The notes under the pieces: generated by a model
Seen by the model: only the letters and a program-made list of their open reading frames with translations
What the model was told of the DNA's origin: nothing
Databases searched by the model: none
Program-made: the position numbers and the translations under genes
In this document: positions 8,001 through 18,036 of the stretch, one piece after another
How the letters are laid out: every line of letters begins with the position of its first letter
How positions within the stretch are numbered: position 1 is the stretch's first letter
DNA from: Craspedostauros australis
Taxonomy: Eukaryota
DNA length: 33,640 nucleotides
Direction: 5' to 3'
Assembly: GCA_030167865.1 (NCBI GenBank)
Contig: JALAGF010000484.1
Span: 1-33,640, forward strand

Positions 8001-8831
8001 CACCCTGAAAGTGAACAGGATGTAGCCTTGGATAAGGGGTCATGTCCGCGAATGAATGATGGAAGACGGCTGAATAGCGCATACCACACCATACCATATC
8101 TTCATTTCTTGCTTCCCTTTCCTACTTTCCTTTCCTGCTTTCGTAACCATCTCATTTCTTTCTCCATCCGGATATCATTCGTTTCTGTCCTCCGAGTATG
8201 GCCCGAACAGTCCAGAAATACAGATGTTGCACTTGAATACCTGATCGCTCACCGTACTTGATAACTTGATAACCGGCAAAGATGAGATCGTGTCAAAACT
8301 GAGGCAGGTTGTGACTGGCATGTGAGTGAGTGAGTGTGATGCATGTGATATTAGTCTTTGTGGATGCATGAATTGGGAGGATCGCGGATGCACCAATCGA
8401 AATGCCTGCTCCTGTTCCTGATGACGTTGTTGGTGGTGCTCGTTGGCACTTCCCGCCATGAGGATCGGACGGCGCTTCCGTTGACGACAACGGTTGCGGT
8501 CTGACGAAGACGGGTACGATCATGATCTGGACTATGGTGATCAGGCATCTACTCTACTCTGTCCAACTCCAACCAGAAAGAAGTGAGGCACATGTGAAAG
8601 TACGTAAATGATAACTGTGTTGCTGTTTAATACGATGTTGAAAATCGACATTGCCGTTGTGCAGTGCACTGCCATGCATGGCATTGCTGTGTATCTGTAT
8701 TGCCTCTATCTGTGTCTGTGTGTATCTGTATGGTGTGGCGTGGTATGTATGTGCGATTTAGAACGGCACGCACCATGCTATGTGCCATACTAGTATGGAA
8801 GGTTGTCTGCTGTTGCTGTTGTTTCAGCATG

Positions 8832-9752
8832 TTATTGTTGATAGACGCTGTTGCTGTCCTCTTCGTCGAAGGAAATGCTGTTGGGGATGAACAGTCCTGT
8901 GGACTCGACACCACTGCTCTGCCCGAAACGTGGTCGAAGAGTGGTGAGCATGCAAGAGAATCCGCTGGTGCTGTCCTCTTCGGCGTCATTGGAGGCGCTG
9001 GTGGCATCGAGCTGGTCCAATGATGGAAGAACTGGAAGTGGACCTCTTGTGGACAGAGGTGATGCCGCTGACTCCTCCATCGAGAGGGATGTCCAACGTT
9101 GTGGGCGCAACTGCATGACTGATGTCATCGACGTTGACACGATTGGGGAGTCGTACTTGCATGCATTGTATTCGTTGTTGTTCTCAGTACTGTTGACATC
9201 GTCGCGCTGCTCTGCCACTCGCTGCAAAGGTGCTGGCGTCATCGGGCCATCGTCCATGCTGGGCGATGGTGATCGTGGATACTGTTCCTCGGAATCGAAG
9301 CTGAGAAGGCGTGATCTCATTCGTGGGAGGAAGTGGAAGGTCTGTGTGTTGAATCTCTGGCTGCTGGAGGCACAGGCGCTGTCATCCTTGTCAGTGTCGT
9401 TGTTGTTGTCATCTTCGTCATCATCATCGATGATTGGCAGTGTGTACGATGATGAGGATGGCAGCGATGGGATGCTTGCTACCATTGAGGTCATGGCGAG
9501 AGGAGACATTGAGTGGAGCGGGATGATGGTGTCATCTTCGCGGCTGTCACCATCGTGATGATGATGGTCATGATCATCATGATGAATGCTTTCTGTGCGG
9601 CAGCGCTTGGCAAGTCGGAAGATGGATTCTTCACGTCTGCATCGTCGTTCTCTGTCGAGGGTTTGCACTGATCGCTTTCTGGTTGGTGCGATGGGTGTGG
9701 ATGGCATGGATGCTGACATGGCTGACGTCATGTTGTTGGTATCGTTGATCAT
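8832..9752 (-). CDS. Hypothetical low-complexity (Ser/Asp/His-rich) protein
   Basis: 306 aa ATG-initiated ORF with composition typical of disordered diatom proteins; no recognisable domain. Confidence 0.6.
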   Translation of the reverse strand: MINDTNNMTSAMSASMPSTPIAPTRKRSVQTLDRERRCRREESIFRLAKRCRTESIHHDDHDHHHHDGDSREDDTIIPLHSMSPLAMTSMVASIPSLPSSSSYTLPIIDDDDEDDNNNDTDKDDSACASSSQRFNTQTFHFLPRMRSRLLSFDSEEQYPRSPSPSMDDGPMTPAPLQRVAEQRDDVNSTENNNEYNACKYDSPIVSTSMTSVMQLRPQRWTSLSMEESAASPLSTRGPLPVLPSLDQLDATSASNDAEEDSTSGFSCMLTTLRPRFGQSSGVESTGLFIPNSISFDEEDSNSVYQQ

Positions 9753-10239
9753 GGTGATGGTTGTTGCTTGGTTACTCAGTTGGTTGATTGGATGGAGAGT
9801 TGGTTGACTGGAAGAGGTGGGATGAGGAGATCAGTTCGTTTTGTGATTTGTGGGAAGGTGGGATGTGGAGATTGTGTGCCTGTTGATCTTTGTGGGAGAT
9901 GGATGCCGATTATGTTTGGCTCTGTTTGGCTCTGTTTGGCTTTTGAATCGTAGATGGGATGTGTGTTCGGAAGTTGGATTATGAAGGGTTGGTTGGAAGT
10001 GAGACGTGAAGTATGAGGTGCCGAGCATACCAGCCAACGTGAATGAATCAATGATTTGCAGGCGTGTGTTTGTATGTATTTGTGATGCCTGTTTGGTTGT
10101 TTGTTTGGATGGATACAGTGATCGATCGAAGTCCAACCAGTGCTCAAGCCAATCTGCGCCCAACACCAACACCACCACCACCAACAACCACGACGCGCAA
10201 CGACGCACAACCACGAACGAGAACACAGACATCCGTCAC

Positions 10240-10253
10240 AGAGAGAGAGAGAG
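10240..10253. repeat. (AG)n microsatellite
   Basis: Read directly from the sequence. Confidence 0.85.
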
Positions 10254-11778
10254 GAACAAGGAGAGAAGGAAGGAGGGAAGAAAGCGGAGAGGAGATCGCT
10301 TCGTGTCTGGGCTTCCTTTCATTTCCTTGTTTTCTCATACGCTATTTGTGCACGCGTCAGTTCCGCGTATTTTTTGGCGGTGCTTTTGTGGTTTGCTGGA
10401 AATGTGATGGACTTCAAGTTCCCAAAGCCCAAACACAACATGGCGAAGGGAAGAGGGCAAGCACATTTGTCGCTGAGACAAGAAGCACGGACAAGAAGCG
10501 GCACGTCCGCGAGCTCGCATTCCCCACGAACCGATGATCAATCCCACGAAATACACAATTGACGTTTCATTGCGGTTATTTTGGCGGAAGCACGAATGCG
10601 CCAAACTTGAATAGACCAATCATATCACGTTGATAAAGTGGGCTGTTGAAGCGGCTTCCGATATGACGTGTTGCAACGCCATTCGCTTCTTGATTGAAGT
10701 TCCACGATTGCAGGTCGACGTGCGCGTCACGTCGGAAGGCGCAACGCCGGCCGATGGTGGAATGACAGGGTGCGCCATGAATCGGGAGTGGAGTTGAATC
10801 GGGAATGGACTTGGATGTTGTTGGTTTTGATCATTTTCACGACTGAATCGTGATGTGGTACGACTCGTTTGACTAGAAAGTGATTCGTGACAACACGGAA
10901 TGAAGTTTGGATTTTGGATCGTTGCATCATACTCTACGTGAACTGCATGGATTCAGACGATACATCCACAACACATCGACGATACGGCAGGCGCTTTTGA
11001 TGGCGAAGCTCAACACCCAAGCGAAGTTGGACGAGAAATTGTTCGTGTTTCTTGTAGTAGTGTGAAAGGCTGATTCATGATTACTTGACTGTCGTCTTCT
11101 GATTGCTGTTTGAGAGTGAGCAATGCCCTACATGGATTGTGCGATAGCACGAGATGTCAGCTCTTGATCTTCGAAGAGCGGTGGGTGGAACAGGATGACC
11201 GATGACTCTGACGTTGCTGATCTGCTGATCTGCTGATCGAAGAAGGATGATGATGCTGAATGACGCTGCGTCACGCAAGAGGATCCGAAGCTTCAACGAA
11301 CATGACAGACGACGCAGGAGGATGGAGGAGTTGCGATTTTGGGCGCGAAGTTGGTGATGGCGCCATTTGTTGATTGGTATCTTCCACCGAGTCCTCAGTC
11401 ACGAATAAAATTGGAAGCAGCGGTTATTAAAGCGACATTCCAACACAGCGAGGCATTGTGTTCGTTTTGGTTCGTTGATTGTCTTTCAGGACGAATTGTG
11501 ACCGTTAAAAAACGAACAAAAACGTGCAGAGTACCACAAACGATTTTAACGTACTCTCTGAAAAGTACTTTCTCACAACAGAACCACAAAATAGAAGCCA
11601 TCAACCATCACCCATCACCCATCACGAGGATCACTTTCAAACCACAATCCAACTTGCATGTTCGTCTTCCACTTGCGTTGCACTCTCTCTGGACTTGTGG
11701 GAAGTAGCACAGGAACGAGCGTCCCCCCACTTCGTGCTGCGAGTGACCAACCACAACAACAATAACTTCGCAAGCGCC

Positions 11779-12996
11779 ATGTTTGGTCGTGGCAAGCTGC
11801 CGCAGATGCTCATTGCAACGCAACGCACGCACAGAATCCGACGTGCGTTGCATTGGCATCGGCGTAGCGATGGATCGCGGAAGCTCGCATCATCGTCTCG
11901 TCCCAAGAGAAAGCCCAAATCGAGAAGCAACGGGCTGCCTCTGTCAACGAAACAGCGCATCCGTCAGAAGCTGCTGATCTACGACGCCCAAGGCAACCGC
12001 GTGACACCACGCTTCGAGCTGCTCTTGAACACGGCCACGACGCGCATGCAGTGGCTGCAGGATGGATTGGCGAGCATCTGGAAATCGTCATCGCCACGGC
12101 GGCATCACGTAATCGAATTCAATGCCAACTGGTGGTTTTGGAATGTGTTGCTGGCCTTGTCTCCGTCCGTGGCCGTGGCTCTGTACTGCGAGCTCATCGC
12201 CGAGCCGGCGTTACAAGCGGCGGCGGAGGCCGAGAAAGTGAAGGCCAACGATGGCGACGTGCTGCAATCGCCCATGGCGAAGCGTCGTCAGCAGAGTGCG
12301 GAAGGGGTTGATGCACGCTCCGTGCAACAAGACGAGGCCAAAGAAGTGGATAGTGTGTGGGATCAGTCCTTGTGGGATGCCGCGGTTCAACTGTATGGAT
12401 CGTACTTGATGCCATCGCAAGAATCAGACGGTGACAATGCCCCAGCAAAGGACAAAGAAGACGAAGAAGAAGAAGCGCCACAGCAGCAGCAACAACAACA
12501 GAAGAAGCACGATGTTCAGAAGTCACCTGTACAGCAACAATCTGAGAACCAACAATCAACGCTGGGCAACGAGGAATTGCTGTCGGAGATTCGATCACTG
12601 CAGCGGCGCTTGGATACCTTGCAAAGTAAAATCGCCCCGGCGCATGTCGCCGGAAAGCCAGATGAGGTGTCGACTGCACAGCCCATGCCAAACGAAGCGA
12701 CAGATGCCGCATCGATATCCCTGCTGGATCGAGTTCCCAACCAACTGAAGCGGTGGATTGGGATGGGGTCAACACAGAAGACGGAGGAACCCGAAGCTCA
12801 ATCAAAGACGGTATCGCAAACCTTGCTGATGAAGGAAATACGAGGGCCAGAGACTATTTCCGATGTGAGAGAAATGAAATGTGCGGAAGAAACACTGCGT
12901 CACGTTGATTCCGGAGACTCAGAATCGTCGCAACAACAGCCAGAGCAACAGGGAGAGCACGGACAACGACAACGGCCGTGGTGGCGCGTTTGGTAG
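11779..12996 (+). CDS. Hypothetical single-pass membrane protein, possibly mitochondrial
   Basis: First in-frame ATG of the 11524 ORF (MFGRGKLPQML...). Arg-rich, acid-poor N-terminus; hydrophobic segment WWFWNVLLALSPSVAVALYC; short coiled coil ELLSEIRSLQRRLDTL; ends PWWRVW. Confidence 0.7.
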   Translation: MFGRGKLPQMLIATQRTHRIRRALHWHRRSDGSRKLASSSRPKRKPKSRSNGLPLSTKQRIRQKLLIYDAQGNRVTPRFELLLNTATTRMQWLQDGLASIWKSSSPRRHHVIEFNANWWFWNVLLALSPSVAVALYCELIAEPALQAAAEAEKVKANDGDVLQSPMAKRRQQSAEGVDARSVQQDEAKEVDSVWDQSLWDAAVQLYGSYLMPSQESDGDNAPAKDKEDEEEEAPQQQQQQQKKHDVQKSPVQQQSENQQSTLGNEELLSEIRSLQRRLDTLQSKIAPAHVAGKPDEVSTAQPMPNEATDAASISLLDRVPNQLKRWIGMGSTQKTEEPEAQSKTVSQTLLMKEIRGPETISDVREMKCAEETLRHVDSGDSESSQQQPEQQGEHGQRQRPWWRVW

Positions 12997-13165
12997 AAAA
13001 GCTACCGATTCCTTCAAGTAACAAAAGCCTGCCGAGAGTACTCTATCCACCCTATCTTACTCGTATCCTGCTTCACTTTGTGTAGAGTAAACTCGACTCG
13101 ACTATTGTTTTGTTTTGTTTTGTTTACCATCTTCACCATACACAATGTTCGACGCATCCAACAAA

Positions 13166-15370
13166 TCAACCCCGACGCTCCACGAGCTTATCAATAACGG
13201 CGAACTGCCGCGGCCACTTGGTGTTGTACAAGAACTGCCGCAAATCGAAGCGATTGTCATCGGGACTGTACCCCTCCGCATGATACGCCGGCGTCAACGT
13301 GCACATCTTGTGCCGATTGATGGAATAGTAGACGAAGAAGCGCTTCACCTTGACCGCCACTTGCGCCGCCGACAGATGACTCCACACGCCGAGCAATTTG
13401 CGGAACATGCTGACGGGACCGCAACGTTGCAATTTGCGCAAGCCGCCGTACAGTCCCAGTTCGGCGTACGTCATGCCCATCTCCTCTTCATCGAGCTGAG
13501 AATGTTCCGGCGACGACGTTTCTTCGACTTGCGGTCGCAGCTCGGCCGTGGGCGGGGCACCGGCAATCTCGGCCAACACCGGCCATTCGAAGTGATGCGA
13601 GGCCCACAGCAGCATGCGCTTCAGATCGCCCTTGGAGATGGCGCCGATGGGATTGAGATCGGCGCTGGAGCAGTCGTACTTGGTGAGGTACCCGCGCAGG
13701 CCCTCGTCGACGTTGGCCGATCCCAGGACGAGGAGGAATCCCTGATTGCCACGCACCCACGGCAGCAGCTGGGCGAAGAGGTAGGCCGTGACCATGCGGA
13801 TGCGGGCCTGGATGTTCTGCAAGGCCAGATCTTGTGTCATGGTGCCGCCGTGCAGCTGGAATTTGGGCAGCTTGCCCGTGGCCAGCCGGAAGACCTGGAC
13901 CATGGCGTCACACATCGTATCGATGGGCACGCAGAGGTGATACGCGCCGATGGTCTCGGCCAACCGTTGGGCACGTCCCGTCGTCGCCTGCGAGGAGTGC
14001 TCGGTCCCCAAGAAGACTGTGTGAAAGACGTGCGATGCAATCTCTTGCGAACTGGCCGGCAACCAATCGGATGGTTGCGCACAGATGCGGCGCACATCGG
14101 CCGCGACGGGTCCCGCTGGATTTTCGTTGGCGTGCTGGTAGGCCATCTGACACATGGCCCCGACGATGGTGGCCACGCTGGACGAGTCGGCGCCGCCGCT
14201 GAGAGGCAGGAGGAAACCGGACGCGCCGGACCGACGCAGGTAATCCCACAACCAGCAGGCCGGGCCCAAGCAGCATTCCTCCTCCGGCTTGTGGATATGC
14301 AGCTGGATGGGACTCGTGGGCAACCCGAGAGCCGTGCACGATGGCGGCAGCGCGCCGCCCTCCGCCGTCACGAGCTGGTTGGGACGAGCATCGCGCACAA
14401 GATGGACGTTCGCGCACGCGATGCAACCACCGTCCTGCGCCTTATCGGCCTGGATGCCGAAACTCGGAATGGAGGCACGGTAGCTGCGGACCTCATCGAG
14501 ATCGACCGTCGCCACGATGACCTCGACGTCGTCGACATCGAACTGCTTGGCCTGCGCCAGCACGTTGCCGTTGCAGACGATGATGGCGCCGCCGTCGTAG
14601 TAGCTCCGCCCGCCGTCGCATCCGCGCTGATTGGAATAGAGATAGACGCCGCCGCATTTGCGCGTGGCCGAGATCATGAGCTCCAACCGCTGATTGAGCT
14701 TGCGCAGCTCGTGGTGGCTGCCGGAGGCGTTGCCGATGATCTCGACGCCGCGTAGGGACAATCCAATGTGCGTGGCGGCCGGCGTCCATAGCTCTTCGCA
14801 TGATTCGCAGCCGATGGAGACGGGCGTGTTGCCGCACTTGAGATAGGACGTGCCGAACGGCGCCGTGCGCTGTCCGAACTTGGTCGCGAAGATGGGCGGC
14901 AGCCACAGGGTCTGGTTGGCGGCGTCGTTGCTGTAGGCCGTGAAGTATCGCGATTCGCGGTAGTTGCCGCCATCGGCATTGGCCAGCTTGGGCCGGATGC
15001 AGAGGATCTCGCGATTGTAGCACAGCACGCGGCAGTTGTAGCGCACGCTCTGGTGCACGATGGGCATGCCCACGTCGATGAGGATGTCGTCGCTGCCTCC
15101 GCGTTCGAGCAGCAAGGCCAGGGACTCCCAGCAGTGATGGATGGTGTCCATCTCGTAGAAGTGGTCCTCGCAGCCGTAGCCGCTGAGCTCCAGCTCCGGT
15201 CCCAGTCGGTAGGTGGCGCCGGCCTCGCGGGCCACGATGCAGCTGCGCAGCGTGCGTTCGAGGTTGCCATCGAAGTCCAGCGCCCATTGGTTCAACGTGC
15301 ACGTGGCCACCGTAATCAGGGAGGCAGGGTAGGGCGCGGCCTCAGCGCCGTCGTTGCTGCTGGTCGTCAT
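13166..15370 (-). CDS. NADSYN1: Glutamine-dependent NAD(+) synthetase
   Basis: Nitrilase-fold glutaminase domain (LNQWALDF, GPELELSGYGCEDHF, RPK, ESCEELW giving the E-K-C triad) fused to a synthetase domain (LLPLSGGADSS, QNIQARIRMV, YLTKYDCSSADLNPIG, NRHK). Intronless, 734 aa. Confidence 0.98.
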   Translation of the reverse strand: MTTSSNDGAEAAPYPASLITVATCTLNQWALDFDGNLERTLRSCIVAREAGATYRLGPELELSGYGCEDHFYEMDTIHHCWESLALLLERGGSDDILIDVGMPIVHQSVRYNCRVLCYNREILCIRPKLANADGGNYRESRYFTAYSNDAANQTLWLPPIFATKFGQRTAPFGTSYLKCGNTPVSIGCESCEELWTPAATHIGLSLRGVEIIGNASGSHHELRKLNQRLELMISATRKCGGVYLYSNQRGCDGGRSYYDGGAIIVCNGNVLAQAKQFDVDDVEVIVATVDLDEVRSYRASIPSFGIQADKAQDGGCIACANVHLVRDARPNQLVTAEGGALPPSCTALGLPTSPIQLHIHKPEEECCLGPACWLWDYLRRSGASGFLLPLSGGADSSSVATIVGAMCQMAYQHANENPAGPVAADVRRICAQPSDWLPASSQEIASHVFHTVFLGTEHSSQATTGRAQRLAETIGAYHLCVPIDTMCDAMVQVFRLATGKLPKFQLHGGTMTQDLALQNIQARIRMVTAYLFAQLLPWVRGNQGFLLVLGSANVDEGLRGYLTKYDCSSADLNPIGAISKGDLKRMLLWASHHFEWPVLAEIAGAPPTAELRPQVEETSSPEHSQLDEEEMGMTYAELGLYGGLRKLQRCGPVSMFRKLLGVWSHLSAAQVAVKVKRFFVYYSINRHKMCTLTPAYHAEGYSPDDNRFDLRQFLYNTKWPRQFAVIDKLVERRG

Positions 15371-16892
15371 GGTTGTGCTCTATCAACGTATGTCAACGTA
15401 TGCCAAGGTGTGTCAACGTGTGGGAATGTATTACAACAACTGAAAATATTATGGAGACAGGCAGAGACGTAGATGGGGACGACGTCATGTCATTGTGATG
15501 TGTTGTGCTGCGTCGTGCTCTGCAGTTGTTCGGTGTTTGGTCGGGTTTGGATCCACGTTCCGGATCTTCACGCCGACATTTCGCCCCATAAATCGAATCC
15601 ATCGAGTCGGACGTGATTGTGTTTGGATCGTGACACATCGCTGTCGGAAGTTCTTCTCAGAACTCATCCCACGATCGTGTGTCATCAGGCTGCTGTTGTC
15701 TTCCATTGTCATTGTCGTCGTGCAACTTCCGATGAGTCCACACGAGAACGAACTCTACCCCAAGCGAGGTTTCGAAAAGATGCAGCCCTAAAGGGTCCAC
15801 GCATCGTGGATAGGAACTCCTCAGCTTTTTGGAGCTCCGCCATCTTCGATGCGATGCTGTGTTGGTTTCCCAACGCAGCAACATGGAAGGCTGCGCGCAG
15901 CATTTGCGCTTGATGCCATTGTTGATGTCAATGCTGATGTTATTGTTCATTGCTCTGCTTCCATGAGATGTGATGCAATGTAATGGAATGGAAAGAGATC
16001 AAAAGTGATGAACCCAAATGCCATTCGAAAGAAGAGGATGATGTTGGCGGATGCAGCATTCAAGTTCGCCTTTTCGGTCAGTTGTTGACTCTTTGCTCAC
16101 TTCTGTCTTCTCAGTCGGTGACAATGACATAAAGTTACTTAGTGGGACTTCTGTTGGATTGACCCATGATTATCGAAAATTAACGCCGCGACACACAAAG
16201 TAGCCCATTTCCATGTCGCAACGAACGTCGTGCGAAAGACGAATCGATCGCGAGACGAAATGTAAAGACTCTGCGGCCCCTGTTGTGAAGAAATGGACCA
16301 GCCGGTCATTGCACCCAATCCAACAAGGAGCGACGAAGAAATGCCGTAATTACTGACCCAAAGTCCGGCCTCAACCGAATTGCCCCGAATCGCTCTTTCT
16401 ATCGACGGACGACATCCAACGCGCACAGCGCATCGCGTTGATGAACGCGCTCGCCGCCAAACAAGGCACCACCACAGAGAGAGAGACAAGAAGGGAAGAG
16501 AGGAACGGAGAACGGGATCAACCCGAACATTTTGTTGTCGCGGCAGCAACAACAACAACACCAACAACACCATGCACAGTCACATCAGCAAGGAAGAAGA
16601 CAAGAGCAGACAACGTGCCAACAATTCAGGGATCATTGTCGAACCAACGTTGCATGTGACACCATACCACAGTCGTACCGTATCTGCTCTTCATTGTCGG
16701 TGCTCTCCCACAAATACACACGCCGCAGCTTAACAGTGCATAAGGACAATAGCACAGACAGCAACACACGCAAGAGGGAGGGGCATCATCATCCAACGCA
16801 TCGAAGGACCATCTCAAAAGAGAAGAGAAACAACTTGATTTTGGCAGGAGAAACAAGCACGTTGCTTGACGAGATATCACACCCCCTCGCCA

Positions 16893-18001
16893 ATGGGCAT
16901 GTGCTCCAGCGACCCCCACATCCGCAGCGATGGCAAACCCAAACGCAGCAAGAGCCGCAGTTCGAGATCGCTGATGAAGACGGAGACAAGGTCGGAATCG
17001 CGGCAACACGATGGTGCAAAAACCAAGGTCCGCAGCAGATCACCATTGTCGAAACGACGCGAGCGGCGGCTGTTTGGAATTTTGAGCCCATCGGGAAATC
17101 CAGTAAGTGGTCGGACGAGTCGTGAGCAGCAACAAGAAAGGACGCGGCTGTTGATACCAACAGCAAGAACATCGCATGACTCTCACCAAGACATCTCCTT
17201 CTCCTTCTCTTTGGTCATTGTCCGTCTTGTCCGTCTTGTCCATCTTGTCCATCTTCTTGGTCTTGTCCATGTTCCGTTCTGTGTGATCATTGACAACGAT
17301 CGTGCATCCAACTCTGGCTTTGACTTTGACTTGACTTTGGCTTGATGGCTTGACTTGCATCCGCATCCGCCATGACAACAGAGCAGCACCAGCGGCAGTA
17401 ATAACAGCAGCAGTAATAACAGCAGCAGTAATAACGGCAGTAGTAATAACAACAGCAACAATCACAGCAGCAGGAGCAGGAGTCGAAGGAAGATCACTTC
17501 AGGTTCCGTCCGACCAACGCTGGTCCCCTCCAAGGCATCGAAGAGAAGTCTGGAGACGGAGGGATCTGGCACAACAGCAACAACAGCGTCAACAGCAACA
17601 ACAGCATCAACAAGCACTCTATCCGAATGTGCAGACGACAGCAGCCACACCCTGAAAAGCCAGGCAAGCCCGCGCTCCTTCCGCAAGCGACACTCCAGCC
17701 ATCACAGCTCGTTGGCCAACGACATTGACAGCTGCCACGACAGCGCTCGCTCCTTCCGCAGCTTTGCAGACGACGACGACGACGAGGTCAGCCTTCCTCT
17801 TGCCAAGCCCAGCGACGAAGCCAGCAGCAGCCTGCATCACTCCTTCGCTTCGCTTACCAGCCATTCCGGGTGTTCGTCTCTTGTCAGCGATCTCGATCTG
17901 TCCTTTGAGGAGGACGACGATCACCTTCCGCACCAGTCGCAAGACAGCAAGAGCAGTACTAGAGCGAAGCAGAAGGAGTCAGGGGTTGCGTCCGATACTC
18001 A

Positions 18002-18036
<35 letters not shown>

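Noticed and set aside
13115-14755. 546 aa + strand ORF antisense to NAD synthetase
   Set aside because: Shadow frame of a GC3-rich gene; no motifs of its own.
15650-15950. Short minus-strand frames upstream of NAD synthetase (MASSANAARSL..., MLRAAFHV...)
   Set aside because: Broken, short and without a convincing motif; may be a gene relic but cannot be supported.
17391-17460. 12-bp tandem repeats here and 15-18 bp repeats at ~18118-18185 as a CRISPR-like array
   Set aside because: No unique spacers; they are in-frame coding repeats (SSNN and SALT units) in a eukaryotic gene.
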